A stretch of 63,892 nt of DNA, filler included, from Octopus bimaculoides (Eukaryota): NCBI RefSeq assembly GCF_001194135.2. It is 12 parts of 11 records of this genome, joined end to end, with 100 filler letters (N's around TTAATTAATTAA, not from the genome) between each part and the next. Parts side by side here need not be neighbours in the genome. Positions count along the whole stretch, not along the records: positions 1 to 14,841 come from NC_068996.1; 11 more parts are not named here. The stretch is one strand, 5' to 3'. Position numbers and translations under genes: made by a program. The notes under the pieces are model-generated. The model made no database searches and was not told where the DNA came from. It saw only the letters and a list, made by a program, of their open reading frames with translations. Below, in pieces: positions 1-11,910 of this stretch; position 1 is the first letter of the stretch; every line of letters starts with the position of its first letter.

Positions 1-115
1 GTGGTGGTGGTGGTTATAGTGGTGGTAGTAGTGGTAGTGGTGGTGGTGGTGGTGGGGTGGCTTCAGCGGCAGCTGCTGCAACAGTGGTGGTGGTGGTGGC
101 ACTGGTCGTAGTGGT
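1..115. repeat. (GGT/GTA)n degenerate trinucleotide repeat
   Basis: Direct reading. It is followed at 134 by a consensus donor (AAAAG|GTGAGT) that could end an upstream exon of the SDR gene. Confidence 0.85.
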
Positions 116-525
116 GACAGCATCATCTAAAAGGTGAGTTTTTTTTTTCTTTTAATCATTTTTAATGGACCAAGAAAAAAAAGAAATTAAATAATTAAAA
201 GTGGTGACCATTATGCTATTTCATGGCCTTCAAAATTGGCAGAAGAGAAGATAGAGGATAGTACCTTCAAACATGAGATCTGGTCTGACTACTTACAACA
301 AAGTTCTCTAAAGCCACCCAAGGATTAGGTGGTTGGTGAGATAAAATTAAACCAGGCAACAGAAAGTCTTGCTTAATAATATATCAAGAGAATGATTTGC
401 TAAAAGCAATGACATAATCAGAAGATGCAGTGAAGGCTTTGACATAATTCATTTATTTGTTTGTTTGTCTTTATGTCTGTTTTTTCATGATAGCAAGAGT
501 TAGATGAATATATATAAATATATAA

Positions 526-789
526 CGTGGTCGATGCCAGCCCCCTTGCTCCAAGTGGCTCCTGTGCTGGTGGCACATAAAAAGCATCATCCAATCGTGG
601 CCGATGCCAGCCTCCTCTGGCCCCTGTGCCAGTTGCACATAAAAAGTACCCACTACACTCTCGGAGTGGTTGGCGTTAGGAAGGGCATCCAACTGTAGGA
701 ACTCTGCCAAATTAGATTGGAGCCTGGTGTAGCCACCTGGCTTCCCAGACCTCAGTCAAACCGTCCAATCCAGAAAACAGACATTAAAC

Positions 790-820
<31 letters not shown>
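526..820 (+). mobile_element. 3' UTR/tail fragment of RTE-clade LINE, ending in (GAT)n
   Basis: Matches the 3' end of the longer RTE copy at 54652-55703 (ggcacataaaaagc repeats, ctacactctcggagtggttggc, ggaagggcatccagctgtag, GAT tail). Confidence 0.85.
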
Positions 821-821
<1 letters not shown>

Positions 822-1461
822 GATATCTCTNNNNNNNNNNNNNNNNNNNNNNNNNNNNNNNNNNNNNNNNNNNNNNNNNNNNNNNNNNNNNNNNNNNNNN
901 NNNNNNNNNNNNNNNNNNNNNNNNNNNNNNNNNNNNNNNNNNNNNNNNNNNNNNNNNNNNNNNNNNNNNNNNNNNNNNNNNNNNNNNNNNNNNNNNNNNN
1001 NNNNNNNNNNNNNNNNNNNNNNNNNNNNNNNNNNNNNNNNNNNNNNNNNNNNNNNNNNNNNNNNNNNNNNNNNNNNNNNNNNNNNNNNNNNNNNNNNNNN
1101 NNNNNNNNNNNNNNNNNNNNNNNNNNNNNNNNNNNNNNNNNNNNNNNNNNNNNNNNNNNNNNNNNNNNNNNNNNNNNNNNNNNNNNNNNNNNNNNNNNNN
1201 NNNNNNNNNNNNNNNNNNNNNNNNNNNNNNNNNNNNNNNNNNNNNNNNNNNNNNNNNNNNNNNNNNNNNNNNNNNNNNNNNNNNNNNNNNNNNNNNNNNN
1301 NNNNNNNNNNNNNNNNNNNNNNNNNNNNNNNNNNNNNNNNNNNNNNNCATTAATCCGTTAGTTAAACATCGAACCTTATTGATGATATCCACAATATCTA
1401 TCTACATGTGTCTGTTTGTGTCTGAGTGTTTTTCCCAATCAATTTACACCTGAAGTCTGCG

Positions 1462-1740
1462 ATGCCATCAAAGAAGCCAAAACGTGGTTCATTACCACCG
1501 GAAGACGAAAATCACATGCAACAAAGTTTCCTTACGAAAGTCATAAACATCTTCCATTTCATTTTGTTTGTATGTTATGGGTTGTTGTCAACTGCTTGTA
1601 GCGCCCTTAAAGGATACTGGAGAATTATACAGCCCCAGAAAAAAAAGGACATCTCACAGGAAATTATTCTGGTGACAGGAGGGGGTCGAGGACTTGGCAG
1701 AAGACTCGCTCTGGAATTTGCAAAACATTCACCGAAACAG
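1462..1740 (+). CDS. First coding exon of a classical short-chain dehydrogenase/reductase (SDR16C/retinol dehydrogenase/17b-HSD11-like)
   Basis: MPSKKPKR..., a hydrophobic membrane-anchor segment, then [30 protein letters not shown] with the TGxxxGxG Rossmann motif. Phase-0 donor CAG|GTACCA at 1740/1741. The subfamily call is inferred from this exon only. Confidence 0.85.
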
Positions 1741-1884
1741 GTACCAAACATCTCTTTTCTTTTTGTTTGTTTTAACGTGTCATTTATATCATGAAAATAC
1801 TTGTCATTACCGTTGAAAATATTTTGCAATGTGTTTTACCATTGAATTAGTAGAATCATAAGAGTATTGAAAAAAAAATACCGT

Positions 1885-2052
1885 GCAGCATTTGATTTGG
1901 CTCTTTACATTATGAGTTCAAATCCTGCCAAGGTCAGTTTTGCCTTTCATCTTGTCTGTAGGTGATAAAACAGTTAAATACTGAGCTGCTTAATGTAATT
2001 GATTTACTTCATCCCGTAAAATTACTGGCCTTGTGACAAAATCTGAAACAAT
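1885..2052 (+). mobile_element. tRNA-derived SINE family A, degenerate copy
   Basis: gagttcaaatcc B-box-like motif plus gtcagttttgcctttcatc core shared with the copies at 2832 and 43455. Confidence 0.7.
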
Positions 2053-2054
2053 TA

Positions 2055-2078
2055 TAATTATTGTTGTTGTTGTTATTG

Positions 2079-2128
<50 letters not shown>

Positions 2129-2380
2129 TTTATCATCATCATTATTATTATTATTGTTATAATTATTATTATTATTATTATTTTTATCATCATCATTATT
2201 ATTATTATTGTTATAATTATTATTATTATTATTATCATCATCATTATTATTATTATTGTTATAATTATTATTATTATTATTATCATCATCATTATTATTA
2301 TTATTGTTATAATTATTATTATTATTATTATCATCATCATTATTATTATTGTTATAATTATTATTATTAATATTATTATT
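2055..2380. repeat. Higher-order (ATT/ATC/GTT)n minisatellite
   Basis: About five recurrences of (ATC)3(ATT)n GTTATA (ATT)n. Confidence 0.9.
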
Positions 2381-2587
2381 AATTGGCCCCATGCCATCAA
2401 AAATGCCGGTTAATTGTAGTATTTTAAATATAAGTAAGGTACAAAATAAGGTACATAATAATCACATATACAAACATTCACATACTTACCTTGTACACAC
2501 ACACACACACATATATACTCACACAGAGTTGAAACACTATTTGATTTTTCTTTTCAGCGCTGAAATATCCACCATCCCACTTCCATT

Positions 2588-2620
<33 letters not shown>

Positions 2621-2831
2621 TTCACACACCTCCCTTTTACATACACACACATATACTCACACAGAGTTGAAATGTTGTTTGATTTTTTTGTTTTTCTACC
2701 ACAGAACTTCCATCATCCTACTACCAAGTTTGGCATCACCCCTTCCTTCCTTATTCATCTATCACCCCTTCCTTTCTCATTTATATGTTGTGACGGAGAA
2801 AAACACAGGAGTATTATTATAGTAGATTATT

Positions 2832-3215
2832 AAGGTGTTGAGCTGGCAGAATCGTTAGCACACTAGATGAAATGATTAGTGGTATTTCATCTGTCTTTAC
2901 ATTCTGAGTTCAAATTCTGCCAAGGTCGACTTTGCCTTTCATCCTTTCAGGGTCGATGAAATAAGTACCAGTTACGCACTGGGATCGATGTAATCGACTA
3001 TCCCCCTCCCCCAAAATTTCAGGCTTTGTGCCTATAGTAGAAAGGGTTATTATTATTATTATTAAGGTGGCAAGTTGGCAGAATCATTAGCATGCTGGAT
3101 GAAATGCTTAGCACTCTTTTGCCTGTCGCTGTGTTCTGAGTTCAAATTCCACCAAGGTCAGCTTTCATCTGTTTCAGGGTCAATAAAACAAGTATCATTA
3201 TTTACACTGGACAGA
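2832..3215 (+). mobile_element. Two tandem SINE family A copies
   Basis: gagctggcagaatcgttagc (A-box-like) ... ctgagttcaaattc (B-box-like) ... gtcgactttgcctttcatcc; the second copy starts at about 3063. Confidence 0.85.
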
Positions 3216-3419
3216 TATTTGTCCTCATCTTGTTTGTTGTTACCACATTTCATCTGATTTACTCTCCAGCCTTCATCGGGTGTCCTGGTGGAATTTTGAA
3301 CTCTGTTCTCATTCCTAAGGTACTCTTTTTTGCTGATGTTATTTTTTCTGTTAATATTATTTCTCAAGTCCCTGCCTGAGATTGAACTCAGAATCCGAGG
3401 GTTAGTAGCCTGTACTCTA

Positions 3420-4150
3420 TCTTCTTTGATCCGGATGATAGGATAACGGTCCTGGACGAGAATGGCAGCGAAGGTGACGCCTTTTGACCTGTGATGGTTT
3501 ATATTCCAACAGGAGCTGGAAGGCCAGATTTCTTCAGGCGTCTAGAAACATTCTTGGGAACGTCTCGCACTTTAGGATTAGTGGGGAGACTGGAATAGTA
3601 TTTTGGACTCAAAGAAGGATTGTGTGGGTTTAGTACATAGCAAAAGGGGGTGCAAAAATCTCAAAAACTTGCTCAGGCCTTTTCAGTTTTCTGACAGGTA
3701 CCGACTGGATTTCCCTGATGTGCCAGTGTGGACATAGAGTAACCACAGTGGGTCATCGTATTTAGACAGAATATTTGTTAGGTCAGAGGATAGGGATAGG
3801 ATAGTTTTTATTTTTTATTTATGTGTTTCAGCCAAGTGGCTGCGGTCATGCTGGTGCACCACCGTGAGTTGTTCACAATTTAAATTGGTCGGCTACACAG
3901 ATCACAAATTTGTGATATTCGCAGTCGATTTAGATAGGACCCGTAGACAGGGACCCGGTTATTGGTAGATGAATGCGTCCTTACCGGCTCGTAAAGACTA
4001 CAGGGACCGGATTAGCGAACTAATCCACCGGTGGTGGATTGCTCTGAAGAGAGTGATTAGGCTTTTGTTCTTGGTTCTCAGGGTGATCTTGGATGGTGGG
4101 GTTCCTTGATTATCCCTAGAGGTCTTCCTGAATCAGGGGAATCCCATCAC
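3420..4150 (-). mobile_element. Decayed LINE-like fragment with a CR1-type 3' tail at about 3800-3870
   Basis: The minus-strand tail ggtggtgcaccagcatgaccgcagccacttggctgaaac resembles the CR1 tail at 33257-33320. No clear protein motif was recognised. Confidence 0.4.
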
Positions 4151-4366
4151 GATCACTTTTTCTCCTTCTTTTTCTGATGTCATACGCTATGTATACTTCC
4201 CTTCTTCTGATGTATACCGTGTATACTCATGTAGCATGTCTGTATTAGCTTTAGTTAAAACATGCATTTTGGACTTCAAGGTAGGCTCAAGCGATACTGT
4301 CAGTCTGTGATTGGCTGAATTAACTAGCTCCCTTGGACAGGCGTTCTCCGCTATGTCCGATTGTCT

Positions 4367-4676
4367 TGTAGTAACGCCTGCGCATGCGTAGAATTTATAA
4401 AGCAAGCGTTTCCCGCTCAATTCATTCTCTTTCACGCTGGCCAGCGATTGAGCATGGACGTATGTTTAAAAGCTGTCCCTACATCTTTCGGTCTTATACT
4501 CGACAGCTCGTTATTCTCACCTCTAAAGATGTATAACTAAAGATATGTATGTTTTACCAAGTAAATAAATGTTGTTTAAGTTGATAGTCTGGAGTTCAGC
4601 GTTCCGTTATATTCTTTAAATTTTATAGTAGAAAGTCAGGTATACAATCTAAAGATGTATAACCCACTTTCTACTA
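4367..4676 (+). mobile_element. 5' LTR of a short LTR retroelement
   Basis: Begins TGTAGTAA and ends TTTCTACTA. Followed by TGGTGACCCCCGACG (4680), a tRNA-Trp-type PBS with one extra C. Near-identical sequence recurs at 5755. Confidence 0.8.
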
Positions 4677-5754
4677 AAGTGGTGACCCCCGACGAAGAAA
4701 AAACGCAGCATGAACTACGGATTACCAACTTATAACTGGTGAACCTCGACTAAAGAACNNNNNNNNNNNNNNNNNNNNNNNNNNNNNNNNNNNNNNNNNN
4801 NNNNNNNNNNNNNNNNNNNNNNNNNNNNNNNNNNNNNNNNNNNNNNNNNNNNNNNNNNNNNNNNNNNNNNNNNNNNNNNNNNNNNNNNNNNNNNNNNNNN
4901 NNNNNNNNNNNNNNNNNNNNNNNNNNNNNNNNNNNNNNNNNNNNNNNNNNNNNNNNNNNNNNNNNNNNNNNNNNNNNNNNNNNNNNNNNNNNNNNNNNNN
5001 NNNNNNNNNNNNNNNNNNNNNNNNNNNNNNNNNNNNNNNNNNNNNNNNNNNNNNNNNNNNNNNNNNNNNNNNNNNNNNNNNNNNNNNNNNNNNNNNNNNN
5101 NNNNNNNNNNNNNNNNNNNNNNNNNNNNNNNNNNNNNNNNNNNNNNNNNNNNNNNNNNNNNNNNNNNNNNNNNNNNNNNNNNNNNNNNNNNNNNNNNNNN
5201 NNNNNNNNNNNNNNNNNNNNNNNNNNNNNNNNNNNNNNNNNNNNNNNNNNNNNNNNNNNNNNNNNNNNNNNNNNNNNNNNNNNNNNNNNNNNNNNNNNNN
5301 NNNNNNNNNNNNNNNNNNNNNNNNNNNNNNNNNNNNNNNNNNNNNNNNNNNNNNNNNNNNNNNNNNNNNNNNNNNNNNNNNNNNNNNNNNNNNNNNNNNN
5401 NNNNNNNNNNNNNNNNNNNNNNNNNNNNNNNNTTATACATTGCATGTTCTGTGTTTTTCTCACACACACACACTTGTGCACTCATACATTTTCTTTCCTT
5501 TCAGGGAAAACAAACTCTCAGACTTTTACATCGCGTGATTCCAGTTTCCTGGACAGTTGTCATCACGGTTGTTTTGTCATTGTCATTTCATTTATACGTT
5601 GCAAGCATGTATTTCACAAGTGTACATTTCATTTCTTTGAATTTTCTTTGTGTGTTTGTACCACATCTTGTGGGTGGTTTTTCAGTGGCCATCCTGCCTC
5701 AGGCGTTCTAACAGATTTTATTTATCGTGCGTTTCCGCTCTGGCGAGGGAGCTC

Positions 5755-5947
5755 TGTAGTAACGCCTGCGCGTGCGTAGTCTTACGCGTGCGTAGTCTTA
5801 CGCATGCGTAGTCTTACGCATGCGTAGAATTAATAAAGCAAGCGTTTCCCGCTCAATTCATTCTCTTTCTCGCTGGCCAGCGATTGAGCATGGACGTATG
5901 TTTAAAAGCTGTCTCTACATCTTTCGGTCTTATATTCGACAGCTCGT
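5755..5947 (+). mobile_element. 3' LTR (truncated by gap) of the same element
   Basis: TGTAGTAACGCCTGCG start and high identity to 4367-4510. Preceded by a short purine-rich GGCGAGGGAG tract. Carries four 16-bp tandem units. Confidence 0.8.
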
Positions 5948-6277
5948 NNNNNNNNNNNNNNNNNNNNNNNNNNNNNNNNNNNNNNNNNNNNNNNNNNNNN
6001 NNNNNNNNNNNNNNNNNNNNNNNNNNNNNNNNNNNNNNNNNNNNNNNNNNNNNNNNNNNNNNNNNNNNNNNNNNNNNNNNNNNNNNNNNNNNNNNNNNNN
6101 NNNNNNNNNNNNNNNNNNNNNNNNNNNNNNNNNNNNNNNNNNNNNNNNNNNNNNNNNNNNNNNNNNNNNNNNNNNNNNNNNNNNNNNNNNNNNNNNNNNN
6201 NNNNNNNNNNNNNNNNNNNNNNNNNNNNNNNNNNNNNNNNNNNNNNNNNNNNNNNNNNNNNNNNNNNNNNNNNNNNN

Positions 6278-7680
6278 GCCTTCGTAATGGAGTGCGAAGG
6301 TTTGAATTCTTCTTCTTTAGACTTTACGTCGTCTGAGGAAGAGCTGGTTAAAAGTTTGAAGAGAATAAACGAAGCAATGGAGGTGAAGAATTATGAATTA
6401 TGCAGAGGCGATGAAACAGAAAAGCTAAGATGTGTGTCTGGAGAAGTTGAGTAGATTCAAAGAAATGCTTAAAAGGGAGGGGAACGACGTAAAAGTGTCC
6501 CCCCACCAAAGAAGTTTTAAATGAGAAAAAAAGGGGGAAAAACGTTATTTACAAGACGTACTCAGCAACAACCAGAAAAATTGAAATCATGTCGACCGCT
6601 GAAGTCGAAAGGGTATTAAAACCAATCTGGCAAGGGATTTCTTACTTTGCCAAAGGAAGAAAGTTTGGAACGGTGGAGGTGCAGTTCCGGAAGGTAGCTA
6701 CTGTTAGGTTGCACTCGGCAACACCCTTAAATACGGATGAAGTGGTGCTTCTACCCATATACCTTGGGAGACGTGCTTCCAGGGTTAGGGTAGAGGATAT
6801 ACCCTCAGAAATTGATGTAACTTGATTAGCAGCTGTCATACTGCTAGAAGGTAGTGGTCCTCCAGGCTACCAGAAGACCCCACAAGAACTGGCAAGGGCA
6901 GAGCCTAGATATGATAATCCAAGCGGCTCCGGTAGACCTTGAAAATATATATGGTCGAGACTATCACTGTCGAAGAGGTGACACTCTGGGTCAGAGTAGA
7001 AGGCAGGAACCCGCGATGCTATAAATGTGGCCTGAAAGGCCACATTAGAGCGGACTGTCTTCCTCCACACGTGAAGACTAAAGAGAATCCCGAGAGCAGG
7101 AAGGAAATCGCGACTTTACCACCGACAAAAACCAGTACCAGCGCCGGGGAAGCGGAAGTGAACGAGGAAAAGAACGGATGGGAAAAAAAGCACACTTTGC
7201 AGTCCACATCCACCCGACTCCCACCCACACCCACTCTACCCCAACCTCTCCCTACAGACACCAACCCTCTCCATGTCCCATCTGACATAAAGACAAGCAC
7301 AATCACACAAGAGCCCCAAACTTCCATACCCTTGACTTGTGAGAAAAAAATATGGTATACTGTACGACGGACAGAATAAAAAGCTTTATAATGAGATAGA
7401 TTTGTGGGACAGAGCGATAAAAGTGAATATAACAGAAGTTAGGAGATTGCCCGAGTACATTCATTGTGTAGTGACAGACCCAGAGTTTCTTTCGAGAGTA
7501 AAGGATTATGAGGAGGATTTTGAGTGGTGGGTCAATAAAATAGACACCAGCACAATACCAGAATGGGTGAGCTATCTTGAACTTTTAAAGAAATTTAACA
7601 TATCATTCTTCGGAAAGATGAAAGTTAGCTGTTGCAAATAATGTTTTGAACTGTTACAAATAGTGTTTTAAAAACAAGTT
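6278..7680 (+). mobile_element. Decayed non-LTR retrotransposon ORF1 (L1/Tx1-like) with CCHC zinc knuckle
   Basis: Frameshifted ORFs 6589-6825, 6939-7379 (RCYKCGLKGHIRADC) and 7339-7641. The RVEDIPSEIDVT*LAAVI segment is homologous to 12742-13023. Confidence 0.65.
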
Positions 7681-8061
7681 GTATTAACAGGTTCGCTGAA
7701 ATTGCTTGGATGAACTTACATACTGGCAGATTAACGCCTGTCTATATGCTCTGGCTACTACTACAAAGCAGTACATGAATGACATTCAAAAAGTAAACCG
7801 AAACAAAGTACCCTGATGGGTTTTGAAAGCAGAGAAAAAGATAACTGGTTTACGGAAGACCATCAGTCATGTAATGATGCTTATTGCAGGAAAACAAGCA
7901 AATCACACTACGTCCCAGCAACAGGAAGTAAAGAAGGAGATAGAAATGATGTTTGGAGACAGCAAGAGAGGATACTCACTTACAAACTGATTGCCCTCAA
8001 TCTGGAGCTAAAAGCTGTCAGTGAAAAACTTCGACATCAGAAAAAAATAACCAAGAGAAGA

Positions 8062-8340
8062 ATATCATCATCATCGCCATCATCATCATTGCTTAACATG
8101 CTTTTTCCACGCTGGCATGGGTTGGACGGTTTGACTGAGGTCTGGAGAGCCAGCAGCTGCACCAGGTTCCAATCTGATTTGGCAGAGTTTCTACAGCTGG
8201 ATGCCCTTCCTAACGCCAACCACTCCGAGAGTGTAGTGGGTCTTTTTTCGTGCCACCGGCACAGGAGCCAGTCAACGGGTACTGGCATCGGCCACGATCG
8301 GTTGGTGCATTTTACGTGCCACCGGCACAGGAGCCAGTCC
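8062..8340 (-). mobile_element. RTE LINE 3' tail, minus strand
   Basis: Reverse complement of the 526-820 and 55500-55703 tail; (CAT)n at the left edge. Confidence 0.85.
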
Positions 8341-8844
8341 ACCATTGTAATTTTTTTTGGCCTCTTTTACTTTTGAATAGAAAATGAAATATGTAACTTC
8401 CCTTTGTTTAAACTTTTTCCATTCAACACAAACAAAAGAAATTAATGAATCCAAAAACAACTGTGGAACCATATTTAACCTGTATTTATGATTTTTTTTT
8501 TTACTCGGTAATCTTAATTACAGAGTAAATATAATTCCACTCTCATTTCTAGATTCAATAATTCTTTCGTTTGTGTCTGATAAAGTCTGGATGGATGGAT
8601 GGATATATGTACGTACGTGTATGAGTACGTGTGCATGTATATATGTCTATACTTGTATATATGTAAGCATGTATTTATGTGTATACATAGTTATGTACAT
8701 ATGTAATTTTGTATGTATACATGCATGTATGTATGTATGTTTGTATGTATGTATGTATGTATGTATGTATGTATGTAGGTGTGTGAGTATGCATGTGTGT
8801 GTGTGTATATCTGTGTGTGTCTTAGTGTCTATGTTTGTCCTCCC

Positions 8845-8955
8845 CATCACTACTTGACAACCGATGTTGGTGTGTTTACATCCCAGTAATTTAGCAGTTC
8901 AACAAAATAGGTTAGATAGAGTAAGTATTAGGCTTAAAAAATAAGTCCAGAGATC
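8845..8955 (+). mobile_element. SINE family B body fragment
   Basis: cttgacaaccgatgttggtgtgtttacatccc matches the reverse complement of 46560-46750. Confidence 0.7.
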
Positions 8956-11313
8956 GTGAGATGATATCTTTCCACAATCCCAATTCCACTCGGCCTGCAT
9001 ACCGCTTTGAATAAGCGACGCACGTTCCATTTATCAAGCATATTCTTCAGTGTCTCTGAACGAAATTCAGTGCCATTGTCCATCAGCAATTCGTCCACAG
9101 AGCCCCACTGCTAGCATTGCACCCTACAGTCCCATTCTCCAATTTGGGCAAGTACCAGTTCCAGTTTGCTGGATCTTCTGTTCTTGTCCTCTCCAGATTC
9201 CTCCTGCATCATCGTCACCATCCCCTCCCCCACCACCCAGTTTGCCCCTTCCGCTCGTCTCTTGATGTAGCTGCATGCTGTTCGTAGCCACCCTGCGTTT
9301 GGATAGCGACCCACAAAGGATCCCACACATCAAGAATAGTGCTCTCCTGCTGATGCTGGTACCTGGTTCCGGGATCTCATTTCCCCTCCGAAACGAGCCT
9401 ATTTTATTTCTTTAAAGCTTGAGCCCAAGTGCACTTCCGCCAGTTATTGGTTCCGCTGGCATCAACTCGGAACTTCTTGAGATGATTTACAACCNNNNNN
9501 NNNNCATGCTGTTCGTAGCCACCCTGCGTTTGGATAGCGACCCACAAAGGATCCCACACATCAAGAATAGTGCTCTCCTGCTGATGCTGGTACCTGGTTC
9601 CGGGATCTCATTTCCCCTCCGAAACGAGCCTATTTTATTTCTTTAAAGCTTGAGCCCAAGTGCACTTCCGCCAGTTATTGGTTCCGCTGGCATCAACTCG
9701 GAACTTCTTGAGATGATTTACAACCTTGGTGGCAGATACTACAGTCTCGTGTCTACCAAGATGTCGTCTATATAGGAATTGGTGGCCTTTCTTGTCTCGT
9801 CTACCTTTCCCAGGACAGACTTGAGCACCATCGTTCATGATCTTTGGCACAGAATTTAGCCTGAAGCCCAGCCTAGTCAAACAGTATGTCCGGCCCTTAT
9901 ATTGCACCAGCAGATACTGCCACAGTTTTTCGCTCACATGGAGCTGCAAATATGTTGATTTCAAGTCAACAATTGTTGCCACCCTCATCATCTGTTTCCA
10001 TTTGCGCAGCGTCTCACCGCAGACGTCAGCTACCTCGCTACCCGTGTGGCACGATACATGGCCATTCTTATCTCGAAAGTCCAGTACCGGCCTGACTTTT
10101 CCCTTTGCTGGCTCTACCGCTGCCATTGGTGCTAGCACTCTACTCTTCCTTCCACGGGATAAGGACACCCTCCTTTATCCACCTCTCTACCTCTCCTTCA
10201 AACTCACTCTTGACATTTCTTCAGCATCGGAGGATCCCCTTTCCAGCATCACTCAATTGTCCACCGCTGATCATCGAATTCCGCCTTTGTCATCAACGCT
10301 GTAAGCAGTACAGTCCCTCACAGATCTCTGCTCCCTCCCATGTTGTAGACACACAATGCATGGAACCCCTGCAGCACCAAATGAAACCACATCTCCAGCA
10401 ACACTGACATCAAAGCGGGTGCTCACATCCATCTCCATCACCACAGCAATTCCGTCTTCCATACAGTCAATGACAATTGCCAACAGCCTCATTGCTGTGC
10501 CTCGCACTGTTAATCTCCATCTTGCTGCTATCGTTACAACCAATTCGGCTGCCGTCGAACGCCCGAACTTTACCTGTCCCCGTCCATTTTTTTGCCACCC
10601 TCGGGGTCACAAGAGATGTCGCACAGCCCGTATCCACGAGGGCTTTGAACAGAAAAGGACAAAGCCATCGGTCAATCGGGCACAGTCCGAGGGCTCGGAG
10701 ATCTGAGGTGCCCGCATTCTATATGTTAACTCTTTGATATCAATGCTAAGGGGTCTGGTAAACAGTTATGCCCGACGGCCCTTAATACACCGTCCATCCC
10801 TGGTTTTGAACACCTTTCCCACAACGAAAGATTTTAACAACGAGCACGAATGTCTCTACTCGCTCGCAGAGGAAATTCGAGAGGCAGCAACTTCCCCGTG
10901 GCCTTTTCCCTGGCTGCAGTTTCGAGCAATATACCCAGTCTGCCTACTCTGGTAGAAAACGGGTCTACAACAACAGAGAAAACGGGAGACTACAAGAACA
11001 GAGAAATATACTTGTTCACGAGTGCCCAAAGAGCTTGTACGAAGGAACTAGAATGAGTGGAAATAAGATACGGTACACCTACCATCGTGTTGTCGGCCGT
11101 CTTAAGTCCAAAACTCGAGCCCTACCCATCGTAACTAATGTAAGCAGCTGCTACTACCAATCCCACGAGCTTGCTCCACTCACGTCTGTTCGAACGAGTG
11201 CCCCAGGCAGAAAGAGGACGACTCTGGCCTTGTTTCCTTCGTTTCCTCTCTCGCTCTTCCTCTTCCAGTCAGGCCCTTTGATCGTTGACGTCACAGCTCA
11301 TCTTATCCCCACA
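8955..11313 (-). mobile_element. Internally deleted Gypsy LTR retrotransposon (5' LTR about 10960-11313, gag tail, protease, RT, RNase H/integrase remnants)
   Basis: The minus strand begins TGTGGGG at 11313. Motifs in order: GYIARNCSQG (gag knuckle end), ALVDTGCATSLV (aspartic protease), KGKVRPVLDFR, IVDLKSTYLQ, RLGFRLNSVPKIM (RT), and DNGTEF...IVERYH (integrase). Confidence 0.9.
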
Positions 11314-11670
11314 GAAAGAAAATGCGAGTGAAAGAAAATGTAAGAAAGGAATTGTTTAACCGATGTAGCTTATGAAAGGGGGTTAAGAGAACAAAGTAGA
11401 AACAAAAGAATATAAAAGTTACTTCTTATCTTTTGTTTTCCTTTTGTCTTCACATGCTGAACATAGAATCCAAATGTGACCATTTTGCTCAGAAAACAAA
11501 AAAGTCTAACAAAAAGAGATAAGAACAGAAACGTGTTTTTTAAACCACAAAAGCTCCTTAATGCTTTTATTATTCTTTTCATGGTGTAAAGTTAATTGTC
11601 TTCAATTAAATTGTTGAACATAATTCTTTCAAACAGATGAGAACCAAAGAGTTGTAACTTATATTAATAT

Positions 11671-11910
11671 TTATAGCGACTGCGCCTCCCTCTTCCACTT
11701 CCTCTTCGTATTGAAGTCCCCTTCAAAAATATTCGTAATATTACTTGACATATCAAAATTCCAAATATAGTCGATATAATTGCTCCTATAGCTGTAGTAA
11801 ACCACATGATGTGAAGTTACGGTTACTTGACGCTCTTTAAGTTGTAATAGTGTTTTATAAACTTTTCGGCATTCTAAGGCCCTGTGTGTTTTCACTTTTA
11901 TTGTTACCAC
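11671..11910 (-). mobile_element. Possible LINE AP-endonuclease fragment
   Basis: IFEGDFN resembles the GDFN motif of APE-type LINE endonucleases; a single motif only. Confidence 0.35.

Noticed and set aside
530-700. Short direct repeats with spacers (ggcacataaaaag...) resembling a CRISPR array; also at 8230-8340, 21700-21790 and 55370-55550
   Set aside because: These are degenerate internal repeats of the RTE LINE 3' UTR in a eukaryotic context, with no cas genes.
2832-2930. A-box/B-box motifs suggesting tRNA genes (also 41480-41560 and 43600-43695)
   Set aside because: They do not form cloverleafs and continue into SINE bodies, so they are SINE heads.
9274-9725. Exact 221-bp tandem duplication within the Gypsy element
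   Set aside because: The copies are identical and separated by a 10-N gap, typical of unmerged overlapping contig ends.
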